In this document: positions 10,928 to 21,147 of the stretch, one piece after another
Layout: each line of letters opens with the position of its first letter
Position numbering within the stretch: position 1 is the stretch's first letter
NCBI GenBank assembly: GCA_000004985.1
Contig: GG738862.1
Direction: 5' to 3' (one strand)
DNA: 64,000 nucleotides
Origin: Naegleria gruberi
Taxonomy: Eukaryota
The notes under the pieces: model-generated
Database searches by the model: none
Told to the model about the DNA's origin: nothing
What the model saw: only the letters and a program-made list of their open reading frames with translations
Position numbers and translations under genes: made by a program

Positions 10928-12148
10928 ATGTTCCCATTTCACAAACGGAAAACCCAACTGTTGGACGAAACTTCATTGGAAACAGTGGATATTTTGTCTC
11001 TTGTTTTTCAATTTCTCGAGCTGAAAGAATTATTCGCTCTCCAAAAAGTATCACCCTTCTTCTACCGAACCATTGAACATTTGAAATCCTTACTGATCCG
11101 ACCAATATATGAAGTTGGTTTAGTTTCGTCCGATAAGAAACAATTATCGGAATTTCTTCAACTTACTTTAAAATCAGAATTAATTAGTTCAGCCACAAAG
11201 GAAAACCCACAAAAAGTTTCAAGTACTAGATACACTTATTATTCTACAACCGAAATCGACATGACAGATAAAAATGATGGCAATCAGCTCAAAAGTGTGA
11301 AATTTGGAGAGCATCATATGATTCATGCTTTTAACAAGGTTGAAAAGGAGTTTGTCTTTAAGAATGATAGATTTAGAGTATTCTTTTATCCATTGTATTG
11401 TGAAAAGAGTACGAGTTTATCACATGATGATTATCAACGACTGGATGGGTTCATATTTTTGAATCCAAACAGCAAAGATGGATATTCAACAATGCCGAAT
11501 GGATGTAGTTTTTGTGCAACACTCTTGGATTATAATAATTCTTCAGTTGCCAATGAAACAGTACTAATGCCAGTAAGAAATTTCGGATCTTTTAAAGTTG
11601 AGAAAGTGAGTGAAAGATATTCGATAGAACAATCAATTCTCGACTGTATTAATTACATTTCAGAGAACTCAAATCGATCAATTCAATTGAACTCAATAGG
11701 AGATGGCTTAAAATCATGTTTATTAGAAAAAATTTCATTAATCATTAAGGAACCCAATGATGAAATGGTTGCCACTAAAATATCAGATCTATTCAAGAAC
11801 AAATACACACTCAAAGAGCTGATACTCTCAGAGAAAGTGAGATACATGACCAGAAAATTGAATTTCTTCAATTATCCACACAATGTCCAATTCAGTCTTT
11901 TGAAAAGACTTTACACAGCTCATTTGGGAAATGAAAATGTTAAATTCAAAGATGATCTCTATGCCATTCAGGTTATTTTCAATCAGCAATTCAATTCTAG
12001 AAAAAGGGATTCATACGATGACCATTTGGTGGAAATGAAAACTACGCTCTCATTCAATTTAGTATCTCAGGAAATTAAGTTCGAATACAAGAATATTACA
12101 AGAGCAAGTACTATTGGCATTAGTAATAAAAAGTGCATCATTTGTTAG
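10928..12148 (+). CDS. F-box-like hypothetical protein, 406 aa, C-terminal ...KKCIIC
   Basis: The N-terminus has an F-box-like helix pattern (TVDILSLVFQFLELKELFALQKVSPFFYRTIEHL). Long non-repetitive ORF; first ATG at 10928; TAG stop. Confidence 0.6.
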   Translation: MFPFHKRKTQLLDETSLETVDILSLVFQFLELKELFALQKVSPFFYRTIEHLKSLLIRPIYEVGLVSSDKKQLSEFLQLTLKSELISSATKENPQKVSSTRYTYYSTTEIDMTDKNDGNQLKSVKFGEHHMIHAFNKVEKEFVFKNDRFRVFFYPLYCEKSTSLSHDDYQRLDGFIFLNPNSKDGYSTMPNGCSFCATLLDYNNSSVANETVLMPVRNFGSFKVEKVSERYSIEQSILDCINYISENSNRSIQLNSIGDGLKSCLLEKISLIIKEPNDEMVATKISDLFKNKYTLKELILSEKVRYMTRKLNFFNYPHNVQFSLLKRLYTAHLGNENVKFKDDLYAIQVIFNQQFNSRKRDSYDDHLVEMKTTLSFNLVSQEIKFEYKNITRASTIGISNKKCIIC

Positions 12149-12363
12149 TCAATTCCAATTAAGAAAATTCTTCTTAGATCGGAGCAAAATATAAATTTTA
12201 ATTTTAATTAATATTTTAAAAAATGTTGTATTAACAACTTCATCCATCTACCAAATCATCATCACGAATAACAAAATAAATCATCAAAAACAGATATTCT
12301 TTACCTTCATGAAAAACACTAAACCATCATCAATCCTTCTAGTATGGGATTAGCATTTAAAAA

Positions 12364-13446
12364 ATGGGCAATAATCAAACCACTTCTCACAGATCCCTTC
12401 CTACCGAGCATGCATCTTTCTCCAATTCTTCTCGCGAATATGCCAATCAATACATAATGATCGCAGGTGGTCCATCAGTAGTAATTTATCAAGGCTTGGT
12501 TGATCAAATAATTTCTATCGAAAATCGAATAGAAAATGCTGCTAATTATGAGAAGGTAAAGAGTGAATGTCTGAAAGGTATTCAGCAACGTTTGGTGAAA
12601 TATTTCCCTGTTCATTTTCATGATACAGTTTCGGAAAAGATAGAAGAACAATTGGTTGACCTGTGGCATAGCCCCAATTTTAAAGAGGAATACTTTGCGA
12701 ATAGATTCCAGGTAGATCCATACTTGGTCTTGCCAACTGTATTTAATAATTTGGAGAGAGGAATCAAATTTAATTTGAAAAGAACTTGCTTGTTCCAACC
12801 AGCAGGTAGACAATATTATTTCACAACATGCTATTCGAAAACAACTGATAATTTTCCACACAGCCGTAATCAAAAGTTGACATTTGAATTATTTGCTAAT
12901 TGTTTTTCTGCTGATACTTGGGCTGATGTAGTTGGAGCATCATTTTCTCTATCTGACTATGATAACAATCAATATTTAGATGAATTTTATCAAGTGTGTA
13001 GAAGATTGTCTGGATTTTCTACATACAGAATGATTTTAATATTTACTCATCTTGATGTTCTCAATGAAAAGATAAAGTTGGGACTAATTAACTATGGAGG
13101 AGATAAAGATATAGAAATTCGAAAAGAATTCAATCATATTCCAAAAGAATGTGCTCTCATCATTGAATATCTCATCAAAGAAGCCAAAAAAAATATAGAA
13201 ATGAATCCAAGCCATGACTTTCCCAATAGGACATTGGAATACCACATTGTAAATACATCAAGTGACAGTGATATGAAAGAATTATTGGATTGTATTTGTA
13301 TTGGAGCAAATTCTAAGAGAAAATGCTTCATATCCTCTAAAATTGAAATGCCACCTTTCTCATATCCTAACACCAGATTCAAGAGCAACATGCACAGAAC
13401 CTCAGAACTAAATCAGTTTTGTGATATTGCAATATTGCTAAATTGA
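12364..13446 (+). CDS. G-alpha-like protein with degenerate nucleotide-binding motifs (pseudo-GTPase), N-terminal MG... myristoylation-type start, 360 aa
   Basis: Sequence blocks are collinear with heterotrimeric G-alpha subunits. The P-loop position reads IMIAGGPSVVIY (versus LLLLGAGESGKST). The switch II/DVGGQ position reads FELFANCFSADTWADV. The block ASFSLSDYDNNQYLDEFY matches CVALSDYD. The NKXD position reads ILIFTHLDVLNEKIK (versus ILFLNKKDLFEEKI). The C-terminal position reads HIVNTSSDSDMKELLDCI (versus FTCATDTKNVQFVFDAV). The protein starts MGNNQT. No intron is needed. Confidence 0.6.
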   Translation: MGNNQTTSHRSLPTEHASFSNSSREYANQYIMIAGGPSVVIYQGLVDQIISIENRIENAANYEKVKSECLKGIQQRLVKYFPVHFHDTVSEKIEEQLVDLWHSPNFKEEYFANRFQVDPYLVLPTVFNNLERGIKFNLKRTCLFQPAGRQYYFTTCYSKTTDNFPHSRNQKLTFELFANCFSADTWADVVGASFSLSDYDNNQYLDEFYQVCRRLSGFSTYRMILIFTHLDVLNEKIKLGLINYGGDKDIEIRKEFNHIPKECALIIEYLIKEAKKNIEMNPSHDFPNRTLEYHIVNTSSDSDMKELLDCICIGANSKRKCFISSKIEMPPFSYPNTRFKSNMHRTSELNQFCDIAILLN

Positions 13447-13492
13447 CTTTAGTTTTCCATTTCCTAAAGGTCAGAACTCTTCAAAATAAAAA

Positions 13493-14533
13493 ATGAGCCA
13501 ACAAGAAAAGGAGGAAACAGTGGCACCAACCAAAGAAGAATCACCACAGCCAGTTTTTCCCGATGATGTGATATTTGAAATTATTTCCTTCAATAATGAT
13601 TTTAAATTTACAGTAAGGAGTTGTGCGTTGGTTTCTTCACAGTGGTTTAATGTCATTTTGGAAAGATCAAAACTTTCACTCACACACAACAGTAAAAAGA
13701 AAATTAATGGCCAATTTTTACAGCGTATTGTAGCTGTCAATGGGATGAAAAAATGTGATTGTATTCCATTTCTTGATCAAGTATTTGATCTCAAGAACTT
13801 GACTACCCTTGACGTTAATTGTATGAAAATTAAAGATGAAGGAGTAAAGATAATAAGTGAAATGAAACAGTTGACCAATCTTAATGTAGGCAGCAGTGGT
13901 ATTAGTGTTGAGGGAGTCAAATATATCAGCGGCATGAATCAATTAACTAATCTCAATATAAGCCGCAATAATATACGAGCAGAAGGAGCCCGTTACGTTA
14001 GTGAAATGAAACTATTAACCAATCTTAATATTTATTTAAACGGTATTAGAGCAGAAGGTACCAAATACATCAGTGAAATGAAAGAATTGACTTGTCTTAA
14101 TATAATGAGTAATGCAATTCACGATAAAGGCGCAGAACACCTTCGTCAAATGCCTAAATTGAATACACTCAATATTAATTCAAATAGTATCAGTGTAGAA
14201 GGAGCCAAATTTATTAGTGAAATACAGTCATTAACTAATCTTGATATTGGTTTCAATACTATTGGAGATGACGGTGTCAAATTTATAAGCAAAATGGAAA
14301 AACTAACAAAACTTTATACAATGTACATTAATATTGGAGAAAAAGGAGCCAAACACATTAGTGAAATGGAACAATTAACTAGTCTCAATATTAATTCGAA
14401 TAATGTAGGAACAGAAGGAGCAAAGTACTTATGTGAAATGAAACATTTAACATATATGAATATTTGCAACAACAATGTAGACAAACAATCCCAATTTATC
14501 AAAGATGCTACAGTCTGTTTCATCCAATGCTGA
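13493..14533 (+). CDS. F-box-like / leucine-rich-repeat (RNI-type) protein, 346 aa
   Basis: The N-terminus (DDVIFEIISFNNDFKFTVRSCALVSSQWFNVILERSKL) parallels the 9216 gene. About 10 RNI-like LRRs follow (LTNLNISRNNIRAEGARYVSEMKL...). ATG at 13493; TGA stop. Confidence 0.75.
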   Translation: MSQQEKEETVAPTKEESPQPVFPDDVIFEIISFNNDFKFTVRSCALVSSQWFNVILERSKLSLTHNSKKKINGQFLQRIVAVNGMKKCDCIPFLDQVFDLKNLTTLDVNCMKIKDEGVKIISEMKQLTNLNVGSSGISVEGVKYISGMNQLTNLNISRNNIRAEGARYVSEMKLLTNLNIYLNGIRAEGTKYISEMKELTCLNIMSNAIHDKGAEHLRQMPKLNTLNINSNSISVEGAKFISEIQSLTNLDIGFNTIGDDGVKFISKMEKLTKLYTMYINIGEKGAKHISEMEQLTSLNINSNNVGTEGAKYLCEMKHLTYMNICNNNVDKQSQFIKDATVCFIQC

Positions 14534-15100
14534 ACGCAAAAAAATGAAGTTTTTCAAACTTTTAGTCAGGAATGGCAGTTTTCTGATCGATTGGCCTTTG
14601 TGTTTTGCTACTTACCATTGCTTTATTGGCGTGTGACTAGACATGTTTTTCAACATTGGCTGAAACAGACTGTATGAAACACATTAAAATTAGATAGGAT
14701 CCGTCTGATTTTCACAACTTGATTGTAAAGTGAAATTCATTAGCAAAATTTCATTTTAGTAACACATCTTTCACATTGGGAGTAGATAGATGAATTGGAT
14801 AACACACGCAACTTAGGGTCTCTCCTACTAAATTAGGAAGTAAAACATTATTGAGAGAGATGAAATTTGCCGTGATAATTGCTATTTCACTTGTCGGTTG
14901 TGGCACATACTCATAAAAGCAAGAATGTTACTCTTCCACCAACTTTCGTAACCTGATTCCAAACTGAACTATCTGAAAGTCATCCACAAATATTTCTTAC
15001 TGTATCGATACCCTTTCGATTATAATCCTCATGATATTTTGCTAACAGTAAATCACACTGATTCACAAAACACATCAAAACAAAAATTCCACACATCAAA

Positions 15101-16093
15101 ATGAAATCCTTCTTCCATTCACTTTCGTTTGTATTACTGTTACTTTCGTCCTTGATGATATCCATCGCAAATGGACAACAATCCAATTCCACCACCCCAA
15201 CCTACACCATTTCGAGGGATTTCGTCAATGCCATCGATAATGCCATGAGTAAATTAATAGTTGACCCTGATTTTCAGAAAGGAATGAATGATCTTGGAAT
15301 GATCTTTTCAAGTCCTTCATGTTCTGCACTTCCATACACGAGATTGGCAATTCCTGATGCTCCTACAAGTCTCACTCTACCAAGAACAAGTCCACTTGTG
15401 ATGTGTTATGAAAATGATGCTTTATTTCAGTTTCCAGCTGTTCATGAGTTGGCAGGAAGAATTCTTATCAAGATTTTGAATAGCAAATATAATAAGGATA
15501 TTCCATATACGTTCATGAAGGTGAATACTACTGTTTTGGGATATTTCAATACTTTGAAATCTTTGGTGGATAATGGATCTTGTGATGTTGCCATAGCTTC
15601 TACAAATTTGGACACAGATCGTTTATCCAAGGTCCATTTCAATTGTCCGTATGGTTCTTCATCTCCTGGATTTTTGAGATCTGCATTGGATAATGGCACT
15701 GTCATTATTAATTCTGAATCTGATATTGATTCTGCTAATGTTACAGTATTGACCTATAAGGGAAGTTCTTATGATACCTATGCCAAATCAACCTATAAGA
15801 ATGCAATCGTTAAAAGTGTTTCGTCTGGATATACTGAATGTTTCGACATGATTATGAAGAAAGAAGCTCACGTATTGTTAGGTGATGCAACTGACATGGC
15901 TACTTGGTTGTCCAGAAACAGAAATGCATGTGGTGCTTCTTGTTTTACAAAAGTTTATGGAAATCCATTCTCATTTGGTTCTTTCCTTTCTAATAATATT
16001 AGAGAATCGAATGCAAATTTAGTTTCAAATGGAATTTTGAATAATGTCATGATAATTATTGGAATGTTACTCTTGATTTTCACTACCCTGTAA
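15101..16093 (+). CDS. secreted protein with a bacterial solute-binding-protein family 3-like domain and hydrophobic C-terminus (GPI-anchor or TM-like), 330 aa
   Basis: N-terminal signal peptide (MKSFFHSLSFVLLLLSSLMISIANG). The central region resembles an SBP_bac_3/iGluR ligand-binding lobe (SCDVAIASTNLDTDRLSKVHFNCPYGSSSPGFL). The C-terminus is a hydrophobic stretch NVMIIIGMLLLIFTTL. Confidence 0.6.
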   Translation: MKSFFHSLSFVLLLLSSLMISIANGQQSNSTTPTYTISRDFVNAIDNAMSKLIVDPDFQKGMNDLGMIFSSPSCSALPYTRLAIPDAPTSLTLPRTSPLVMCYENDALFQFPAVHELAGRILIKILNSKYNKDIPYTFMKVNTTVLGYFNTLKSLVDNGSCDVAIASTNLDTDRLSKVHFNCPYGSSSPGFLRSALDNGTVIINSESDIDSANVTVLTYKGSSYDTYAKSTYKNAIVKSVSSGYTECFDMIMKKEAHVLLGDATDMATWLSRNRNACGASCFTKVYGNPFSFGSFLSNNIRESNANLVSNGILNNVMIIIGMLLLIFTTL

Positions 16094-16199
16094 ATAATCC
16101 CATCTTTCATTTTCAATTTTGAACTCGAGAAATTTTTGTAACATAAAAACAGATAAACAGCAAATTCAAAGTTAAAATTGCATTTTCAAATTTCAAAAA

Positions 16200-17336
16200 A
16201 TGTCTCAACAACAAAACAACACAACCACTAACTCGAACAATAGCCCTTACGCAGCATTTGCATCAAATACTCCAAGAAATAACAACCCTAACAATTTCCG
16301 AAAGAAACACAAGTTTTTCCTAAAGGTTTCTAACGAAAACAATTCATCATCTACCTCTTCATCAAATCAAGCCTCATCTTCTTCTGATGATCAAAATAAT
16401 TCTTTGGAAAATAATCAACAACAACTAATTGATGGATTTAAATGTTGTACTTATAATATTCATGTTTTTAAATCAGGAAATGGACAAACAACTTTAGATA
16501 AGCTAATTGATTATCTAACTGTTGGACAGATTGGATCTAAACCTTTTGATATCATTGGATTGAATGAAGCTTTCGAGTCGAAATATAGAAGGGGACAAAT
16601 TTTGACACCTTTAAATGAAATTCAAAAGTCACTTACTAAATATTATGGAACAGAATACAAGTGTTATTATGCACCAACTTGTAAAACGATGGGAAATTGT
16701 TTCATAACTGCATTGCCTGTTAAGAAAACTCAAACTTGGAGACTTGCGAAAGGACCTGGTGGAGTGAGAAATGTTTTAGGATTGCAACTTGATTTGGAGA
16801 AATGCAAGTCACCAGTTGAATATTTCTTTCTCACACATTTGGATTTTATTAATGAGGAATGGAGAGTGAAACAATTTTCACAGATTTTGGAATTTATGGA
16901 AAAATTCATGAGACAATCGTTCAATACTAAGGATAATAATTTTGTAATGATGGGAGATTTCAATGCCATGTATAAGAATGATTATACTCAAGAATTTTGG
17001 GATCAAATTCAAATGGACAGAATGCAAGAGCAATGGGAACCAGCTGTCAGTACTCTTATGGACATTTTGCTTGGTGACATTAAGGATGAGCGATTACCCA
17101 TTCAGAAAAATCTCAAATGCGAAAAATTATATGATACATGGCGAATGTGCAATAAGGAATTACAATTCAATGGTAGAAACCTTTCCTCCTCAAGACTGAA
17201 AACCAGAATTGACTATATTCTTTGCTCTAAGAGTTTATCCAAGAATGTTCTCCACAGCTGCATTGATACCAAATCAAAAACTACTTCAATTTCAGATCAC
17301 AATCCAGTCATTACACACTTTTCCTTTTTAGCATAG
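16200..17336 (+). CDS. endonuclease/exonuclease/phosphatase (EEP) family protein with N/S/Q-rich N-terminus, 378 aa
   Basis: EEP catalytic motifs are present: IIGLNEA..., MGDFNAMY, RIDYILCS, SDHNPVITHFSF. The first ~75 residues are low-complexity N/S/Q. Confidence 0.7.
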   Translation: MSQQQNNTTTNSNNSPYAAFASNTPRNNNPNNFRKKHKFFLKVSNENNSSSTSSSNQASSSSDDQNNSLENNQQQLIDGFKCCTYNIHVFKSGNGQTTLDKLIDYLTVGQIGSKPFDIIGLNEAFESKYRRGQILTPLNEIQKSLTKYYGTEYKCYYAPTCKTMGNCFITALPVKKTQTWRLAKGPGGVRNVLGLQLDLEKCKSPVEYFFLTHLDFINEEWRVKQFSQILEFMEKFMRQSFNTKDNNFVMMGDFNAMYKNDYTQEFWDQIQMDRMQEQWEPAVSTLMDILLGDIKDERLPIQKNLKCEKLYDTWRMCNKELQFNGRNLSSSRLKTRIDYILCSKSLSKNVLHSCIDTKSKTTSISDHNPVITHFSFLA

Positions 17337-17593
17337 CTTTTCAACATTGAAACACTACAAATTAATAGTATGCAGCATAGTTCTGCAGTAAATTAAGCAT
17401 TGTCCAATTCCAAAATGGTATGACACAATTCTCCTTCGTTCGTTCTATTTCATTCTCTAAGGACCTCCAAAGTGTTGCACCTCAATAAATACATCCGCAC
17501 CATCTATTTCAAGGAACACCTTCAATGTGAAAAACCTAACAATCTCGAAAAAAATGGTTAATGGACTAGCTGTATTTTAGTGACAACAGTTGC

Positions 17594-17932
17594 ATGGTTG
17601 TACCATTAGTGTTCTTTCCTGAGAAATTATTGGCCAAATTGCAATTTGAATTGAAACCTTTAATGTACGGTCGTTTGTTGGGAGTTGCCTATTCTGCCTT
17701 ATTAGTAGGTTATGGACATGGATTGCATTCTGTATTGGTTGAGAATGTCTATCCAAAACACATTGTTTGGATGGGTCTAGTGAGTAATGGAGGAGCTTTT
17801 ACTGTATTATTGAGTGAAATTCTCAACAAATTGTCAACTGGAAAGAAACTTAAAGTTGTCGAAGTTGCCTCAATGATTACTCTTGGACTCATTTCACTTG
17901 GATTATTAATTTTTGGTCCACTTTCTAATTAA
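17594..17932 (+). CDS. small multi-pass membrane protein (TMEM14/UPF0136-like, tentative), 112 aa
   Basis: Three to four hydrophobic helices with small-residue motifs (GVAYSALLVGYGHG..., GLVSNGGAFTVLL, MITLGLISLGLLIFG). ATG start. Family assignment is by pattern only. Confidence 0.4.
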   Translation: MVVPLVFFPEKLLAKLQFELKPLMYGRLLGVAYSALLVGYGHGLHSVLVENVYPKHIVWMGLVSNGGAFTVLLSEILNKLSTGKKLKVVEVASMITLGLISLGLLIFGPLSN

Positions 17933-18064
17933 TCCATTGTTAACTTGATAGAATTCCCAAAATACTGACTTTTTTCCATTCCTTTTTGGAGTGTGAAGAA
18001 AGAAATTGATTGAAAATTAAAAAAACACATCAAAAATTTATTGAATTAAAATTTTAAATAAAAA

Positions 18065-19195
18065 ATGTTTTCGGGTTCAAAGTTGCGATTCCTGTGTCGT
18101 CGTCTGCATCAACATCAACATCATCAGATGATGGAGAGTAATTTTCATCATCAACATCAACAAACAATGCTTCTTCTTCGGAAATCCATGGTGATGAATA
18201 AACCACTCTATAATTATAGTACAAGCACAATAACAGCCAATGAAGCTACAACAACCGAGTCGACTCCAACAACCACTACTAATACACCAACAACAGCAAC
18301 AACAACTTCAACAACAACAAATTCTAATACAATGAAGTACACATCAACAGAAATTAGACTCATCAAGAAACAAAAAGAAAGAGTTTTGAAAAAGGAAAAG
18401 ATTGATGAAGTAGTTGGGAAACTTTTCAATATTAACCAGAAGAAGGAAATGGGACAATTTTCAGAAAATGTTGTGGATGTAGTATCGGAGACACCTGCTG
18501 TTGAAAAGAAGAAGAGAAAATCGAAAAAGGCTGAAGCTAAAGAAGCAGCATCAAAAGCAATTGTTGAAGAACCAATCAAGAAGGAAGCCTTTACAAATCC
18601 AGAAATCGATTCTCTTGTCGATAATATTCTCACCATGACCATTGCAGGACAAGCTAGTTTGGCTGCCTCTGCTGAAGAAGAAGATGAATTAATTTCTCTG
18701 TTAAAGACAAAGAGAAGACAAAGATTCAACACTTTAAATAGTAATAATGGTGTTAATGTTGGTCCGACAACTTACAAGTCATCAATCGACAAGTTTTCAC
18801 AACAAGAAGTTGATTTTAAACAATATACACAAACCAAGGAATCTGAATTGTCTTCACCTCTTGAAATGTCAGAAGAGGGTGATGAAGATATTAAAACTCC
18901 ACAAATTGATCCAGAGGATGAGGATATTCTTTCTTATTTACGTGAATTGAAGGATAGAACAGTCAAACAAAAGGAAGAAGAAAAGAAATCAGCATTGGAA
19001 AATGACAATGAATTGGATGAGGAAGATAAGATTGTTGAGAAAGCTTGGCAAGATATTGCCTCAAAGCCAGAAAGTGCTGCCAAGACTGTAGAAGCTGAAC
19101 TTGATGAACCAGTTTCAAGATCTTCTAAATCATCTTCCAATAATTCAAAGAAGGACGATGTCATTATGCAATTTTTACAAGATCTCCTCAAATAA
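18065..19195 (+). CDS. hypothetical charged/low-complexity protein (His/Gln, Thr-rich, then K/E-rich), 376 aa
   Basis: ATG-initiated ORF with coding-like periodicity. It has poly-Thr/Asn tracts and a K/E-rich middle. No recognisable domain. Confidence 0.5.
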   Translation: MFSGSKLRFLCRRLHQHQHHQMMESNFHHQHQQTMLLLRKSMVMNKPLYNYSTSTITANEATTTESTPTTTTNTPTTATTTSTTTNSNTMKYTSTEIRLIKKQKERVLKKEKIDEVVGKLFNINQKKEMGQFSENVVDVVSETPAVEKKKRKSKKAEAKEAASKAIVEEPIKKEAFTNPEIDSLVDNILTMTIAGQASLAASAEEEDELISLLKTKRRQRFNTLNSNNGVNVGPTTYKSSIDKFSQQEVDFKQYTQTKESELSSPLEMSEEGDEDIKTPQIDPEDEDILSYLRELKDRTVKQKEEEKKSALENDNELDEEDKIVEKAWQDIASKPESAAKTVEAELDEPVSRSSKSSSNNSKKDDVIMQFLQDLLK

Positions 19196-19698
19196 AAATT
19201 TCAAATTATTTACAATAACTGCTATCTCCCTACCTAGATTTAACATGATAAATGGCAACCAAATGAAACATATGTAACATTATTCGTCAAATTACCGAAA
19301 ATAAACCTGTTTTCTTAGCCAGCAAAACCTTTCTCATTGCAAGTGCTGAGTAATAGGACGCTGTACTCCTCTATTCCATTACTCCATCTCCATTAAACAC
19401 AAGTTTACAAAACTCTACTTGCAAACTCCATTCCCAATCCAGAAATAAGCGATTTTCAATGACCATTAATAATTTTTCGCGTTTTTGCTGTGACCTCTCA
19501 TTAAGGTCTTATCAACTAATTAATCAAGGATAATATTTTGGAATTTTCCGACAAAGAAAGATTTCCCTCCTAACTGAATGAACCTTCATTCTCTATTCCT
19601 TAATCCCGAGCGCGTTCTCTGTGTTATCCACTGGTACTGCTGTTTATCAAATTGCATCTTGGTGGAACGTCCTTAAAATTTCCATTCATCAAAAAAAA

Positions 19699-20999
19699 AT
19701 GATCAACAGTAGTTGTTGGTTGGTAGCTGTTTTGTTGATGTTGTGCCTCGTCTCAACTGCAACATGTGCTATTGCCTTGGCTGGTAATAAGAGAGCTGCT
19801 CCATCAACTGCTATGTGTACTCGTTACACTTCTGCATCATTGGTTGGAGATGTTGATTTGAGTAAGGTCACTCCAAAGCCTGTTAACTGTCCTTTGGGAT
19901 GTAATTTGTATACTGTTTCTGGCTCTGCATTGGGTTATAATGGTCCACTTGGGGCTTTGGGGTATGTTGTGTAGCTTTTATGATTTGTTTTACTATTTAT
20001 CAAACATTTTCATTATCATGATCAATCAGTCCTTTGGGTCCTTTGGGTCCTGTTTCCACTGGTACCCCTTACAATGTTCCTGATAATTTTGTTTGGTATG
20101 GAAATAACTTTAATACTTACCTTAAGGAAATGAATGCATGTGATAAGTTATTGAGCCATCCACAAAATCCACTCTCTTCTGCTGGCCCAATGGGTGATGC
20201 TTTCTTTGATGTCATGCCAAAGATTAACGATTTCACTAAACACATGATGGGTAAGTTGTTAAATAGTATTTGAATGCTAATAGGAATATTTCAATACGAA
20301 ATGTTGATGAAACCATTATTATATATTTACAAATTTTACACATTAAAAGGTATGGGAGTTTGGACTGTTTTGGGACCATTGGGACCTTTGGGCCCACTTG
20401 GTGCTTTGGGACCATTGGGTCCAGTTGGTTGCCACATGTTGGACGTTGATAAGGATGGTCAATTCGTCAGTAAGAAGGGTGAAGTTTTGAGAACTACCTC
20501 AGTTGTTTATAACTCGTCCCTCACTGTTAACTGGCCTCTTTTCGAAAGATATAAGAGTAGAGAATTCGTTGACAAATTGTCCAAGAAGGGTTTGCTCGAC
20601 ACTTCTTTCATGGTTTCTGCTAGTGTTGATATTACTGGTCATGCCTATGACATGGTTGTTACTGAACCTCAATACGTCACTGTCACTGTTATCCCAACTC
20701 TCTGGGCTAAGAACTTCTTCTTGGAAGCTTTCATTAACGGTAAATCTGTTATGAAGTCTGAAAAGCTCTTATTCACTCCTTGGTTCCAAGTCCACATTTC
20801 TGGAGCTGATTTGCAAAATGCTGGTCCAGGTGGAGCTAAATTGAAGGTTGTCATTAAGACTGATCCTCTCGATTGTGGAATGATGTCTGTCTTTGGATGT
20901 ACTATGGATTACACAATGCATGTTGTTGGTTCAACTTCATTCATGATGAGAAAGCCACACCTCAGTTACACTGGTCCACATATTAAGCAATGTGAATAA
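19699..20999 (+). CDS. secreted protein with two short collagen-like (GPL/GAL/GPV) Gly-X-Y runs; 3 exons
   Basis: Signal peptide MINSSCWLVAVLLMLCLVSTATCAIALA. Exons are 19699–19961, 20030–20250 and 20350–20999. Introns are 19962–20029 (GTATGT..CAG) and 20251–20349 (GTAAGT..AAG). Both sit at or next to the GPLG-coding repeats and restore frame (anchored to ORF ends). The spliced protein reads ...YNGPLGALGGPLGPLGPV... and ...KHMMGMGVWTVLGPLGPLGPLGALGPLGPVG.... It has a Cys-containing C-terminal domain of unknown function. Confidence 0.65.
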
Positions 21000-21147
21000 A
21001 TAATTCATGTGTTGTTTAAATGATTGCTCTTGATATTTTATGCCCACCTCTATTTAGGAACTGAGAATACTGTAGTGAGAAGAAGGTTAAATGGACTTTT
21101 GCAAACAAGAAACAAGTTGACAAAAGATTTTTATCCAAATCAAACCA

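Noticed and set aside
18214-18732. 172-aa minus-strand ORF inside the 18065–19195 gene
   Set aside because: It is an antisense reading of low-complexity (Thr/Val/Ser) repeat DNA. The plus-strand frame is the longer one, with an A-run start context.
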